Assembly (NCBI GenBank): GCA_002633005.1 | Contig: NMRA01000320.1 | Location: 291,640-355,639 of the forward strand | DNA length: 64,000 nucleotides | Direction: 5' to 3' | Source: Phoronis australis | Taxonomy: Eukaryota; Animalia; Phoronida | Shown: one piece after another, positions 40,384 through 52,969 of the stretch | How the letters are laid out: each line of letters starts with the position of its first letter | How positions within the stretch are numbered: the stretch's first letter is position 1 | Made by a program: the position numbers and the translations under genes | The notes under the pieces: model-generated | Seen by the model: only the letters and a program-made list of their open reading frames with translations | Told to the model about the DNA's origin: nothing | Databases searched by the model: none

Positions 40384-42650
40384 ATGGGGAAAGGCGCATT
40401 TTGTAGCGCTATAAATTGCTCCAATTCTTCGATGAAAAACCCTGGACTATCATTTTTTACGTTTCCCAAAGACCCAAAAAGGTAAGGATTATTTGTTATT
40501 CAATGATACGGTACCGATTGTCTTTAATTTTGTGTTTTCTTCAGGAAGACAAGTCGACCAGTCCAAGTGCCGCTGTCGTCTGCAGTGTAGGTTTCTACGC
40601 GGCAGATCTGCGTTCACGGTCTTATCGTTGGCTTGTTTGAATATTTTCCGTCCAGGTATTCCAAATCAAAATTACAAATTTAAATAGCCCTAACGGTGGC
40701 ACTGATGATTTTAGAGAAACATGACCCGTAGGCTTGTCCCAGCCGGCCACACAGGCGTCCTGGCTGAGGCTGATCGCGTTCCTACTACCCTAGCCTAGGC
40801 AATGGCAATATACTACTTATAATACTAGTATAGGCTATGTAGTGTATTGGGGACGATCAGCTGAGGACGTCTGTGGTCCCAGCTTGGCCAGGGGTATGAC
40901 CAAGGCCACAGTCACATGAACTAATGATGTGGGGTTCGGCCCTGACTCCTTGGATCGACGTTTGGGTATTATTTTTTATTTGACACCAATACCGTTTCAT
41001 CTCTACAGCATAACACAGGTACATTACAACAGGACTAGTGTGGTGTTAGGTTACCATCTTCTTAGCCTTGGCACTAAATGATATATATTTTGACGATTAT
41101 CTTCATACAGCTCAGTAGCTGGCTGGCTTACTATCTTCTACGAGCCTGGCTGGTGACTGAGTTCCGTGAGAATGAGGTATGCTCCTGAGTTTCTCATTCA
41201 TTTCTGTTAGGTGCAGGCGCTGGGTTATTAATGTCAGACGAGCGGACCTCATGAGTAAACAGGCAAGCTACTTGTCAAAGAATTGCAAGCTCTGCTGTCA
41301 TCACTTTGAGGAATCAATGTTTATGAATGCTAGAACAAAAAACAAGCTGGTATGGGATGCAGTGCCAACTATATTTGATGTTCCAAATCCCCCAAAACTG
41401 AAGATGTCAAAAAGGTCTCCTCCCACACCACGTGCCCCCCCAACATTGACTTCATGTAGTCCGGCTCACCCTGAGACATCTGGGGTTGAATCTCCTGACT
41501 GTGTCTGTATTGACAGTTTTGTTGAGGGAGAAACCAGTTCAGGTGGTAAGTTACTATTGTTATGAGTTGTTGATAAAGAGCACATGAGAAACAACCGTTG
41601 TGATCAAATGAGTAGACTACTTTAAATTTATATCAGTAATTGACATCTCTTTAACTTTCACTTGATAGTAGTGATTGTCTTATTCACACAGTCATTATTT
41701 TGGACTCATTTGCTCTAGAAAACAAAATACATAAAATGAAGAAGAAAATGAAGCAGATGAAGATGCAGGTGTTTATTGATCGTTTGATACTATTGAAGTT
41801 GTGTTGTTTTTTGCCTGTTGGTATGTTTAACTAGAAAAGCATAAGCCTGCTCTTTATATAATCTCCCTGCTTGCATGTTCCATCACCTGACCAGTAATCA
41901 TCTGAGCCCCTCAAACTACACAGCGCATTCATCAAGAGGCTTAATTGTCTTCTGAGTCTGCATTCTCTCTGAGCAAATACAGTGACCCAAAACAAATTGA
42001 GTTTCAGTATGAAGCACTTTTGGCAGGGCCCTACATGTTACAACAGCCTTTTCTATAGTTGCACATATAATTTCAGAGGATAAGGGGTGTCTAAGATAGC
42101 TATAGTCAGATTTGTATTTTGTACGTTGGTAATATCAAAAATGCTCGCTGTCTTGTGATTGTAAGGGGCTTAATCTTTTTTCTTTTGTTTTGTTTTGTTT
42201 TTGGTTTTGATTGGTAATTGTAATTGAATAGCACTTTCATGGGTGAATTGTGGTTATGAGGTTATGTATACCGTACAAATCATAAAGAGTAAGAAAATGC
42301 ATTAGAACAGGATATTTCCACTCAAACATGAGTGGTAATGCAAGTGAGTAGTGTAAATACACTACAATTCTATCATTGCTGTAAAATGACGCATTTGCAT
42401 TGTTTCTCATTTGTTTTTTAGCATATGCTATGCTGTGAAAACCATAATGTTTTGTCACCTTACTTAAGTACATTGAGACTTCCATTTATTTCCATGTGCA
42501 TTTTGCGTTTGTAATTTTTAACGTGTTTTAGATCAAGCGATTGAAGCACAAGCTAGAAATGGCTACAATGCAAAAGTCTGTAAAAAAGGCTAGGAAAGTT
42601 ATGTGTTATAAAGATAGAGTCAGTGAAATTCAAGAAAAACTTTCAGGTTT
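40384..42650 (+). CDS. Spliced THAP-domain protein, probably the N-terminus of a P-element/THAP9-like transposase (exons 40384-40481, 41211-41545, 41719-41768, 42532-42650; truncated at N)
   Basis: MGKGAFCSAINCSN...FFTFPKDPKR|CRRWV...KLCCHHFE...DAVPTIF is a complete C2CH THAP domain with an AVPTIF box. Phase-compatible GT-AG junctions lead into a basic coiled coil. Confidence 0.8.
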
Positions 42651-42651
42651 N
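42651..42651. other. Single-N contig join
   Basis: N at 42651; the coding sequence stops abruptly here. Confidence 0.9.
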
Positions 42652-44995
42652 TCACTCACCGGTAAATTCTTGTGACTTTCAGTAGGGGTCAAACTTTCAG
42701 CTGTTAAATGGCCGTTACTGAACCGATTTTAATGATATTTATATCAAACTGTTTGCTACAAAATTCTGCTTTCAACCCTGAGTGTACACTTTTTATTTTT
42801 TTTGACAAAAATATGAGAAAATGTACTTTTTTTAATTTACTGCCTCGCCACTCTCTCACCTGGAAAAATCCTGAAAGTGTACACTCAATGTCATAATCAC
42901 TTATCATGTCTTAATCCATTCCTGATCAAATTTTTTCACTTCATCTCTCCATTTCCATTTAGGAACACTTCTAAAAAGATAACTTCAGTCATTTTTCAAG
43001 AACCATGTTGACCTTTCCAGGGTTCAACCTAAACTCGAACTAGCTGTTAGTGTTGTCAAATTGCGAACAAGATTTTTCAATTTCCATGGTGGAGTGAATC
43101 TGTACATCGCAAGTCGCACAAAGCGACGTGAGACAACAATCGATAGACGGATAATGTAGTCTGTACGACTACGAGTTACGTCAGTAACGAGTACGAGTTT
43201 ACTTTGGATACATGTATACGAAGTACTAAGTGCTCTAGATATATCCGTTATGTATGTAGGCTGTGTTTCCATTGTATTGCTGTTTGTGGCCGAGCATAGT
43301 CTCAAACAATGACAAAGTCAGCCAGTCCTTTGCAAACTCGGAAATCACTTTCAGTCTTTAATTAGTCTTAATTTGTATGTTATTTTGCTAGATCGTAATC
43401 TAAACCGTTAATTCATTTGGTGGGACACAAGAATTAGGCCTACTGAAAAAATACTTATGGGTTGAATGGTAGTCGACTTGGCTTAGGTACTGCAAACGGA
43501 CTGGAAAGCCACCGATCAAATTATGAAACATGTCGCTTCGAATCCAAGTCAACTAGTACCCAAGTGAACTCGCACCCAAAACAAATTTCATTTAAGTGTT
43601 TCTAAAATTTGGCAATTTCTTGCATGATTAAATCAATCACAAATTTATTTAAAATGACGCGATGTTACCTGCTATTTAGTCAGCGAAAATGATTATTAAT
43701 CAGCTAATAGTAATAATCAGTAATAACACGGGGTACGTGTTGACTTAAGTTGGCTTGGGTTCTAATTGATTGGAAGCTCAAGTTATTTCTTCATAACGTG
43801 TTCATATATAAATCTTCAGTTTGCGGCAGCCTTTACGTCAGGGTTAATCTACAAGTTCAAATTTCTTGCATAAAATAAGACCACTTTTATGATGTGTGCT
43901 TTGATTGACCTGGGCTTGAGTTTTTTATGTAAATTGATGGTCATGTTGAAAACTACTTAAGCTTGATAAATAACATCGTTTATTTTAAGTTTGAACGTGA
44001 CAATTTTTAACTGCTCAGGTAGTGCTCAATGGGCTTCCTTCGATACAGTTTGGACATAAGTTTGCGATTTTAATTTGTGCATAATTTAGTTATGAATGTG
44101 TCTACTAGTAGCCTTGAATAAAAAGTGTTAAATTTTCCAATTTCTTGCCATCTGAGTTCTCAGATTGTCTAGGACATCATATGGTCTTTGTAGTAAACAG
44201 TGATCCATAAATGTTTTCATGTGGCTTCTTAAAAGACACCAAAAGGTAACACCCCTTTGCTTCTGTTTTAATTATGTGTCATGCTGAGGACACACCTGGT
44301 CTAAGTTAAACCCTGTCTATTGAGGTGAGGTATTAAGCCTGGAGCTAACAGCTGCTGCAGATAATCTGTTCAAATCATCCTGTCTAATCTCCAAAAGCCT
44401 GGTGAGGTAGTAGGTGTATAGTTAACAATAGATAGTTGGTTCAGATCATGCTGATTAATCTCTAAGATCCTGGTAAGGCAGTAAAAATGTAACTATGAAA
44501 CTTTCACAGCAAACGCCTGGCGAAAGTCATTATCAGTCTATGCAGCAAAATTCTGGTGAAGTATATAACTCTTTACGACATCACGTACCCTACTCTGTTG
44601 TGTTGTTATACCTGTAATTACAGGTAGTGGTTTCATTGAGTTGGGATCTTGACACTGTTGTCATTTGACACCTTTAATGTGTGACACTTTTGATGATGAA
44701 AGTCATTGATTTAAGTTGACTACGTCAGCAACCAGATGTTACACTCTTTCAATTCTTTTACATAGTGAAAAACATAAACAGTTTTTGCAGCTCGTGGTTT
44801 CAACTCCAGACCATTTTTTAATTACATTAGTAATTATTTCACCGTATTCTACAAACTTTAAGTGACTTGTTTTAACAAGATTAAAATCTCTATATGTAAT
44901 AAACGATCTCTGTCTATTTGTTAAATTTGTTTCTGTTTTTGCTCTCCAGATGCATTGGTAATCAATGTAATCATCATTGAATTCTTTTTCTGCAG

Positions 44996-47608
44996 ATGAA
45001 GGCGTCTTGAAGTATTGGTTAAGAAAAAAAAATGGTGAGATGGTGCTGAAATTGGTTGTGATGGATGACGCTGGGAAACGCCAAGTGTTCGATGATGTGC
45101 ATGTGAACGGAGGTCACATGGATTTGAAAAACACAGAATTTAAGATAAGTGAAAGTTTTTATTGGTTAGGGATCAGAGCAGATGTTGAAAGGTGGATTGA
45201 ATAGTGCGACAGATGTCAGAAAGAGGCAAACGTTCTTACTGTTCCCCCCGAGTTAAAGCCAATCATAACAACTGAAACGTTTGAAACTCTTGGGATTGAT
45301 CGTATTGGTCCCCTGGTGACCACAAAAGATGTTAACCATCACTGACCTCTATTCAAAGTTTGTCTTTATCTTTGCAATACCTGATAAGTCTGCTGTTCAT
45401 ATATGTAGGCATTTATCCTCTGTGTTTAGTTTGTTTGGGCCACCTAAAACATTATAACTGATCAGGGAAGAGAGTTCTGTAATGATCTGAATTCAACTTT
45501 GTTTACTTTGTTTGGGGTGAAGCATTTTGTTACACTTCCTTATCACCCGCAAACCAATGGGCAAGATGAGCGTACAAAACAAACAGTAAAGCACATTCTG
45601 CTCAAGAGTGCATCAGACCACAAAGAAGACTGGGATCAATACATTAATACTGCGCAATTTGCCATCAATACCTCTCGCCAGAATACCACCAAGTTTAGTC
45701 CCTTTTACTTAATGTTCTTGCGTGAACCGCGTCACTTTTCAAACGTTGCTCTTCTTGAAAAGTACAGAGGCTCTGGACCTCAATGCACTGACCTACCGGT
45801 TCCGGAAAATGTCATTAGTGAAAGTGAGGTCAATGCTAGAGTTGAGCACATGAACTCCATTAAGGAAATTGTTGACGTCAATGTGGAAAAGGCTAAGTCA
45901 AAACAAAAACAGCAGTATGACTCCAAAATCAAGTCAAAAGCCAAGTCCTTAAAATAGGCCGCAAAGGCAATAAATTAGATGACAATAATACTGGCCCCTA
46001 TACAATTTCTGAACTTACAGACTCCTTCGCTTCAGTCAACCACCTGGATGAATGTCCGCACAAGAAGGTTGCTTGAGTGCAGCTCCTGCCGTACCTAAGG
46101 CCATCATCTCCTAAGCAGTCGGCGAAAAAAGCTGATCCACTTGGCAGCATTTCATCGACACCATCAGCTACCTCTCAGACCCCCATTAACATCTCCACAA
46201 TTTCGGAACCCCCCAAAAATCAGGTGTGGGTATGTCCAAGTTCCCTGTGGGTACGGTGGTAAATGACCCAAGTCTGACTGTCCCAAACCTCCCAAATCAT
46301 CAGGGGTGGGTATGTCCAAGTCCCCCATGGGAGTGGTGGTAAGCGACCCAAGTCTCACTGTCCCAACCCCCCCTAAATCATCAGGTGTGGGCATGTCCAA
46401 GTCCCCTGTGGGGGCAGTGGTAAGTGACCCAAGTCAGGCTGTCTGAAACCCCTCCAAATCGTCAGGTGTGGGTATGTCCAAGTCCTCCGAGGGTAAGGTG
46501 GTAAGTGACAATAGTCCAACTGTTTCAAAACCCACCAAGTTACCAGGGTTTTCGAAACCCTCCATGGGTACAGTGGTGGGTGGGCCAAGTCCTACTATTT
46601 CAAAACCTCAAGTTGTCTGGTGTGGCTAAATACCCCATGGGTCCTGCTAATCCATTGGTATCTCAACCCCCCAAATGTGGAAGTGTGGATTCACACCCGC
46701 AAGCATCTGTAGGGTGCACATCGAAAACTACATGTCCTGCACCCAAAAGAAGAAGGCTGGATCAAGGTCGCGGTAACAACGTTCCTACTGTTTCTCCGAT
46801 GGTACCAGTAAAACCTTTACCATCTTTAACATTACCGCAGAGACGCGTGATTGCAAAGTCTTTTAAAATGTCGTCTTCTGAGTGGTTAGGTGATCAGATT
46901 ATTGACCGAGCACATTCAATCTTGGCTGCTCAGTTCCCAGACATGAGCGGCTTTCAATCTTGTGTTACACTGACTGGTAAACATGAAGGTGGTTACATGC
47001 TTCTGGTTAATTCTAAGTTTGTTCAGATTCTTAATGTCAAGGGTAATCACTGGGTTACCATGAGTAATATGAAATTTAAAACAGATAGGAATTGTGTGCA
47101 GCTGTATGATAGCACGACATGTAAAAAAGTACATATTATTGTTAAACGTGTTGCAGCTGCTGCGTTGTTTGACCAAAGTAACCATAACATCACTGTTGAG
47201 GTTATGAAAATCATGCAGCAGGAAGGTGGTAACTATTGTGGGCTCTTTGCCATTGCCAATGCAATTGCGCTTTGTTTTGGTGATGACCCATCGCGTTTAT
47301 TGTGAAAGCAGAAGGAAATGCGTAGCCATCTACATAAGTGTCTCGTTAATGAAAAATTCACGATGTTTCCTAGCACTTACTCTCCATACCGACCTGATGT
47401 TTCAAATGTTAAGTTTTCATGTGATGTGCCAATTTTTTGTAGGTGTCGTATGCCATTTGATGATGATGAGGATGAGGACGATAACAGAATGGTTGGTTGC
47501 GATAGTTGCAACGGCTGGTACCATCAGGATTGTGAAGGCATGGACGAAGATCAGTGGCCGTCAGTAGAATCATCAACAACATACATCTGCCAGCAGTGCA
47601 AGTGTTAA
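44996..47608 (+). pseudogene. Ginger1/GIN-like transposase pseudogene: HHCC zinc finger, DDE integrase, GPY/F, Ulp1-like protease, PHD finger
   Basis: HVNGGH...FYW...*CDRCQ; LGID, ITDQGREF, YHPQTNGQDER; GPYTI; WLGDQII...NHWV...LYDS...QQEGGNYCGLF; FCRCR...MVGCDSCNGWYHQDC...YICQQC. Several stops and frameshifts; no RT or gag seen. Confidence 0.85.
46207..46560 (+). repeat. ~81-bp tandem repeat (about 4 copies) in the transposase linker
   Basis: tcagg(t/g)gtggg(t/c)atgtccaagt occurs at 46220, 46300, 46381 and 46462. The unit encodes a ~27-aa Pro/Ser/Gly/Val peptide. Confidence 0.9.
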
Positions 47609-50600
47609 GGTCATGGAGTACCCTAGAAAATGGTGCATGAAATAAGAAATGAAATGACAATTTCAATAACTTGAAGCAACCTTTTTGAGTTTCATCTGGA
47701 AAATATCAGCAATATTTTGTTCATTTATGTACATGGTCATTTTGCCATAAGTGTACTTTTCCTGTTTCCAAATTAGCAATTCTACAATCTTTCTACTTAA
47801 GAAAATTTATAATCGTTTAGACATTTGATTGAATGCAGAAGACTTGTTGATAATGTCCTACATAACCTTACACAAAATTTGACTCCATTTGGTCATAAAA
47901 GTTTGAGTAACTCCACAAGGTATAGGTACGGGTTTGACTTGTAAATTTCAATTTTCAAAGTTTCAGATATGTCCAGATATCGATAGAAATAATTTGTGCA
48001 TTTGTGCTTTTTTCTTCAACCAATGAGGTGCACATTTCCAAATGAGTCTGCACACAGACTAGAACTAACTTTGTTTTTCATTTCTCAAAAATGAGCAACA
48101 TTTCTTTACCTAAGGTCACCTAAGTCTTACCAAACTTGAAGTTTACCAAATGGTGTTATTTTTGGCATTCGCTGTTGAAAGTTGGGATTGGAGAATGTAA
48201 TTTGGGACTTCATCTGAGACAATTAAAATAGAATTCACTTGACTCAGTCAGTGGGAAATGTGCATTTTCTGTGTTTTAGTTGCTTCTAAGGGTGTACAGC
48301 TGAGGTCACTCTGCTCTGTTGCTACCCCTGTTTCGATCTAACAACTTGTGTGGCTTCAGACAGATATGACATTGATGATGTGGTGTCTTATTTTTTGTAG
48401 GTATCATTTGCTATTTGATGACAGTGATCATCTTGTTGAATGCGGTAGCTGCAGTGGCTGGTATCATTGTTTTTAAAAATACTCTTTCCTTTGTTTTCAC
48501 ATCAAACTCTACTCAATTTGAGCCAAAAATGAAGTCCTCTTCAAAGAACACTTATTTTTCATGTATACATTTTGACTAAATTTTATAGCGTTTTGATTGA
48601 GTGTTGGTAATTGATTTCATTCTGTTCGGTTGCTACCAGTGTTTGGATCTAACGACCTGTGTGGCTTCCGACAGCTATGACTTTCAGGTTATTGATTTTT
48701 GGTCATGTGATGTGCCAATTTTTTGCAGGTGCCGTATACCATACGATGGTTTATTGTTACGGTGACTGATATTGTTGTTTCAGTAGCTTCCTATTTACCA
48801 GGCATTCTGATATTTTGTTACCAGTGGTTCGATCTAACGACATGTGTAGCATCAGACATGTGTGACCGCCACATTTACATCTTCATTACACGTAACAATC
48901 ATTCCCATCTAGTTACCAAGGCTCTGTACATATTACTTTGTGTATATATTTCTTTGGTTTTTAGACTTTTTGCGTGTTCGCTTTTGCTTGCACGATCTGC
49001 GCAATGTAGTGATTCAGATTTTTTAAAAACCAAATACAGTTGATGTGTTCATTTATATCTTTATTATCGGTATTGGTAGATATGAGTTTGTGTACATGTT
49101 ATGGTAAGGTCTCACCAGTTTAGGACACGGTATGACGAACAAGTGAAATTTTATTTTGCGTTTGTTTCATGTAAAAATATACAACATCAGATGTTGCACC
49201 AAATTTTTAAAGCTGTGTTCCATATCTCTAACAATTCACAGTGGTAATGAAAAAAGGTTGGTAATTGTTTTGGTCCAAAATTTGTGGGACTTTCTCGTAT
49301 TACTTTTCAGGCTTGATAATTTTAAACTGTAGTTGGACCATCTTTTGTTATGGTTCTTTTTGGGACATTCAGATCTGTATACATCAGTCATCAGTGCTTG
49401 TGTGACTATTAACAAATTTGTTCATATACAGCAATGTTTGGGTGCTTGTGACAGCTGTAAGTGAAGTGTGTGCTGCACGGTTGCTGTAAACAGATCTGAA
49501 GATTCCACAGTAGATTCCATAGAGTTTCAGATAATTCTCTCAAGTAAAATGGATACAACTGAACTCGATTGGCTAATGTTTTCTAATGAGATTTTTAAAA
49601 ACATGGAAATTGAAATTGTCTTCCCTTTCACAATTCTTTAATTAAAATTTTCTGCACAAGAAAAAGGAAATGTCTTGATTGATCAGCAATTTGATATTTG
49701 GAAATGAACAAAAAAACAATCACCGGTTTATATTTTGTGTTGCTGTTAATATTTGATTACAGTAGCCTTTAGTATAAATCTCTGGTTGCTTTGAACTTTC
49801 TTCTGACAGTAAATACAGTGGACCTCTAGGTAAGTAAGTTATATATATGAGGCATTGCATGTGATGTGGCTAAACCTTGGTTTAAATCTTAAGCATTTTG
49901 TTACAGTGTACCCATCCAGGTTAGTTTGGAAATTTCAGGGATGGGTGTTAAGCTAAACATGGGTGGGGGAAATTAAGGGTTTTATACAAAGTTTGTGACA
50001 CTTTACCTAGCACAAATTCTCTTGTTTATGTAATGTTGATGTGTTTATTTACAGTCATGCTCCATCCATGTTCTTGCCACCAGGGATCAGGGTCCAAGGT
50101 ATTAGGTTAGAGGAACAGACAGCCCTCCTGATTGTGTGTAAAAGTATGTCAAGTTAAATATAAGCTTGGGTTTGCATATACTGTACAGTAGAACTTCCCT
50201 ACAAGGTACCTTGTTTAAAATGTAAAGAACAATATATTGTTTGAAGACTTACAGATTTTATGTAATGTATGTGAGTCTACACGGTGCTGTAAGATTTTGA
50301 AGGTACCATGATGTACGCTGTAACGAGGTTTCATTGTTAATGTATTTTGACACCATATCAAAGTGGTTGTTACTGCTATTCGTGGTCTGGAAGATGCTGT
50401 TTTTGTCTCCTACAATCTGTTTTAGTTAGGGGATGTGGATTTTTAGCATAGACATATTCATTTAAATATTAAAGAGTTTGTTTTCGTAGATGCATCCATA
50501 ACTGCACATTTTCAAAGTGATTTTGTTTTGATTTTGAATCAAAATATTCCGACTAAGATTTGTGATCCTGGAAATTCTAGTTTAGTGTCTGTTATGGTTT

Positions 50601-51095
50601 TCTTAATTTCAAGAATATGGTCGTTTCCAGACTTCCATATGTATTTTATAATACGCATTGTACTATTATTATCATGGATGTACCCAAATTGTACATTTTC
50701 AAGTCGGTTTGGAATTTATTTTATTTCCAAATATACTAGCATTTGTTATCCCAGGAGGCTATCCAATCGCCCTTGTGATTTTTCAATTGAAAGTTGTTGC
50801 TTCCTGGCTTGAAATTAAAATGTTAAGAACAGGTTTTGTACCACATTAAAGAGAATGTTTTCGTATTAATCGACAATTTTCAACATTTTCTGATGTCACT
50901 AGTACTTAATGTGTTCTTTCCTTTGTAATTATTATTTGGAGAAAATAAATTTCAATCAGAATGTTCTCGTCTCATTCTCTTGAGTTGCCTTTTTTGCTGG
51001 CTACTTGCCCCAGGCAGTTGTTGTAGCTTTTAGGAAGTAGGTGTTCATTTTCTGCAAACCAGGACGTCTGAACAATAACGACTGCTTCCAAATAT

Positions 51096-51353
51096 TGTTT
51101 ATTTAGTAGGACTTAAGTAGTGTTTATTTAGTAGGACTTAAGTAGTGTTTATTTAGTAGGACTTCAGTAGTCTTTATTTAGTAGGACTTAAGTAGTGTTT
51201 ATTTAGTAGGACTTAAGTAGTCTTTATTTAGTAGGACTTAAGTAGTGTTTATTTAGTAGTACTTAAGTAGTGTTTATTTAGTAGTACTTAAGTAGTGTTT
51301 ATTCAGTAGGACTTAAGTAGTCTTTATTTAGTAGGACTTAAGTAGTGTTTATT
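51096..51353. repeat. 25-bp minisatellite, 10 copies
   Basis: tgtttatttagtaggacttaagtag repeated head-to-tail with few substitutions. Confidence 0.95.
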
Positions 51354-52435
51354 ACAACTTCACGTTAGTAAGACTTTCGGGTTTGCGGCATTTTCTTAGT
51401 AGTCAAGAAACAATTATGTAGGTTCCAATGTCGAAATCCGAAAATTTCTTGGTATTGGTAACTTATGAAACGTAAGCAATCATCTTGTTGCTGTGTTCAC
51501 GAAAACGCTTCTTCAGTCTTGTTCAGAGACCTTAAAATGATAACGTAGTAACGGTTTTCACTTTGAGAAGAAATGTAGCTTATTCGTAACTGCTGCTCAA
51601 GTCATTCATTAGAAAAAATGGAGCTCTGATTCCTAAAATATCCAAGTCGGATTATTTCTGATTGGCATTGTTCAATTTGGTATCAGCGCGATTGCAGTTT
51701 CGTGTGAAGGAAATTCGTCGCATATAATTATGTCTTTTCAAGAACTTATCAGTAAAACCTACCGTCGCAAATTATATTCGTTCTGGTCTGCGCTCTCTAC
51801 ATGACTTAAAGATACGCCAGAAACCTTGAATAAATGGTTGTGGTCCACGCCCGCATCATTTTGAACCTTGCGCTTCTCTGTTAATGCAAAATAGTAAAAC
51901 CCGCATTGCCCCACTATTTTAGCAGATGATAGGCGAGTTTTTCAGTGTTTTCTTATCGATGTTCATATAGGAACAAGAAAAAGGGCACGCCCGCATCAGT
52001 AGCAAAGCTGACGATCTTTTTTTAACACAAACGCATCCACGCACAATGACTTGCCAACACGTAATGTCAGCGATTAAGAAAGGCCTTTTTTTGAAAATGT
52101 CATATATTTTGTTTTTGAAAAAAGTCAATCAAAAAGAAATCGCACCCCATCACTCTTTAAACAACTACAGATCAGAATTTTTTGTTCTTTCAAACTTCTG
52201 ATATCGCGCATTGATAGGATTTACACATTAAGAGGAATGAGGAATATATATGCTAATATATATTGCTTCCAAAGTTTCAATAAACCTTAAGACATTGGGT
52301 TTTGGCATATTTCACGGGCGTCTTAGCATCGACATGCAATTAATGAGATCAGTTAATGTGAAAACAAAATGCTAAAATCAATGAACAGTTCCTTTGAGAA
52401 TATGTAGTGGCCTTAAAGGGGCTTTTGGGTTTCAT

Positions 52436-52969
52436 TCACGCCATATTTACGGCATGCACTTTGGCGCACTTCAATGACCGATACAATCGGTAGTGACCAT
52501 GATCATTTAGATGCACTTGGTCACGGTGCATGAGCTTGCGACTGTTCCGAAATCGCTGGTGAAGCCAAAACATTACATTGGGAGAATCTTGGAATGTCTC
52601 CCGCACCAAGGTATTCATTGTATCGGCTTTCTTGTCGTATCCTGCCAGGTTGTATCTGTACAGGACAGAGGACACGAGAATAGTTGACACTTGCTACAAA
52701 TGCTTGGTTAGGCGCACAAGCCGCTGGTGGACGTCTGACGACAGATCGTTGCCTTCCACATGGAGAATGACAACGTTAGGACAGAACGTCTCCACAACAT
52801 CCATCTCCCTGTACACTGATGTTGTTGTCATCCCTACAAAGCCATGCAGCTTCACATTTGTGTTATAAGGAATCAAATCAAACAAAAAATTTGTTCTATC
52901 GTCCTGTATGATGCAGTCTCGTAGGCGGCGTACATGGCTGCTGCCAAGAATCAACAATAGCTTAGACAT
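52436..52969 (-). pseudogene. SGNH/GDSL hydrolase (intronless, one in-frame TAG)
   Basis: Block I LILGSSHV, block II G, block III LHVEGND and block V RDQVHL are present. The two ORFs are in the same frame, separated by TAG at 52694-52696. TATAAAT lies about 45 bp upstream of the ATG. Confidence 0.8.

Noticed and set aside
42652-43026. piggyBac-like terminus (AGGG followed by TTCAA)
   Set aside because: The TTAA is imperfect, the other end is lost at the contig join, and there is no coding evidence.
44996-46080. Gypsy LTR retrotransposon integrase
   Set aside because: No RT, RNase H or LTRs are adjacent. A splice acceptor precedes it and Ulp1 and PHD follow, which fits Ginger1 better.
51096-51353. 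CRISPR-like 25-bp repeats
   Set aside because: Head-to-tail minisatellite with no spacers.
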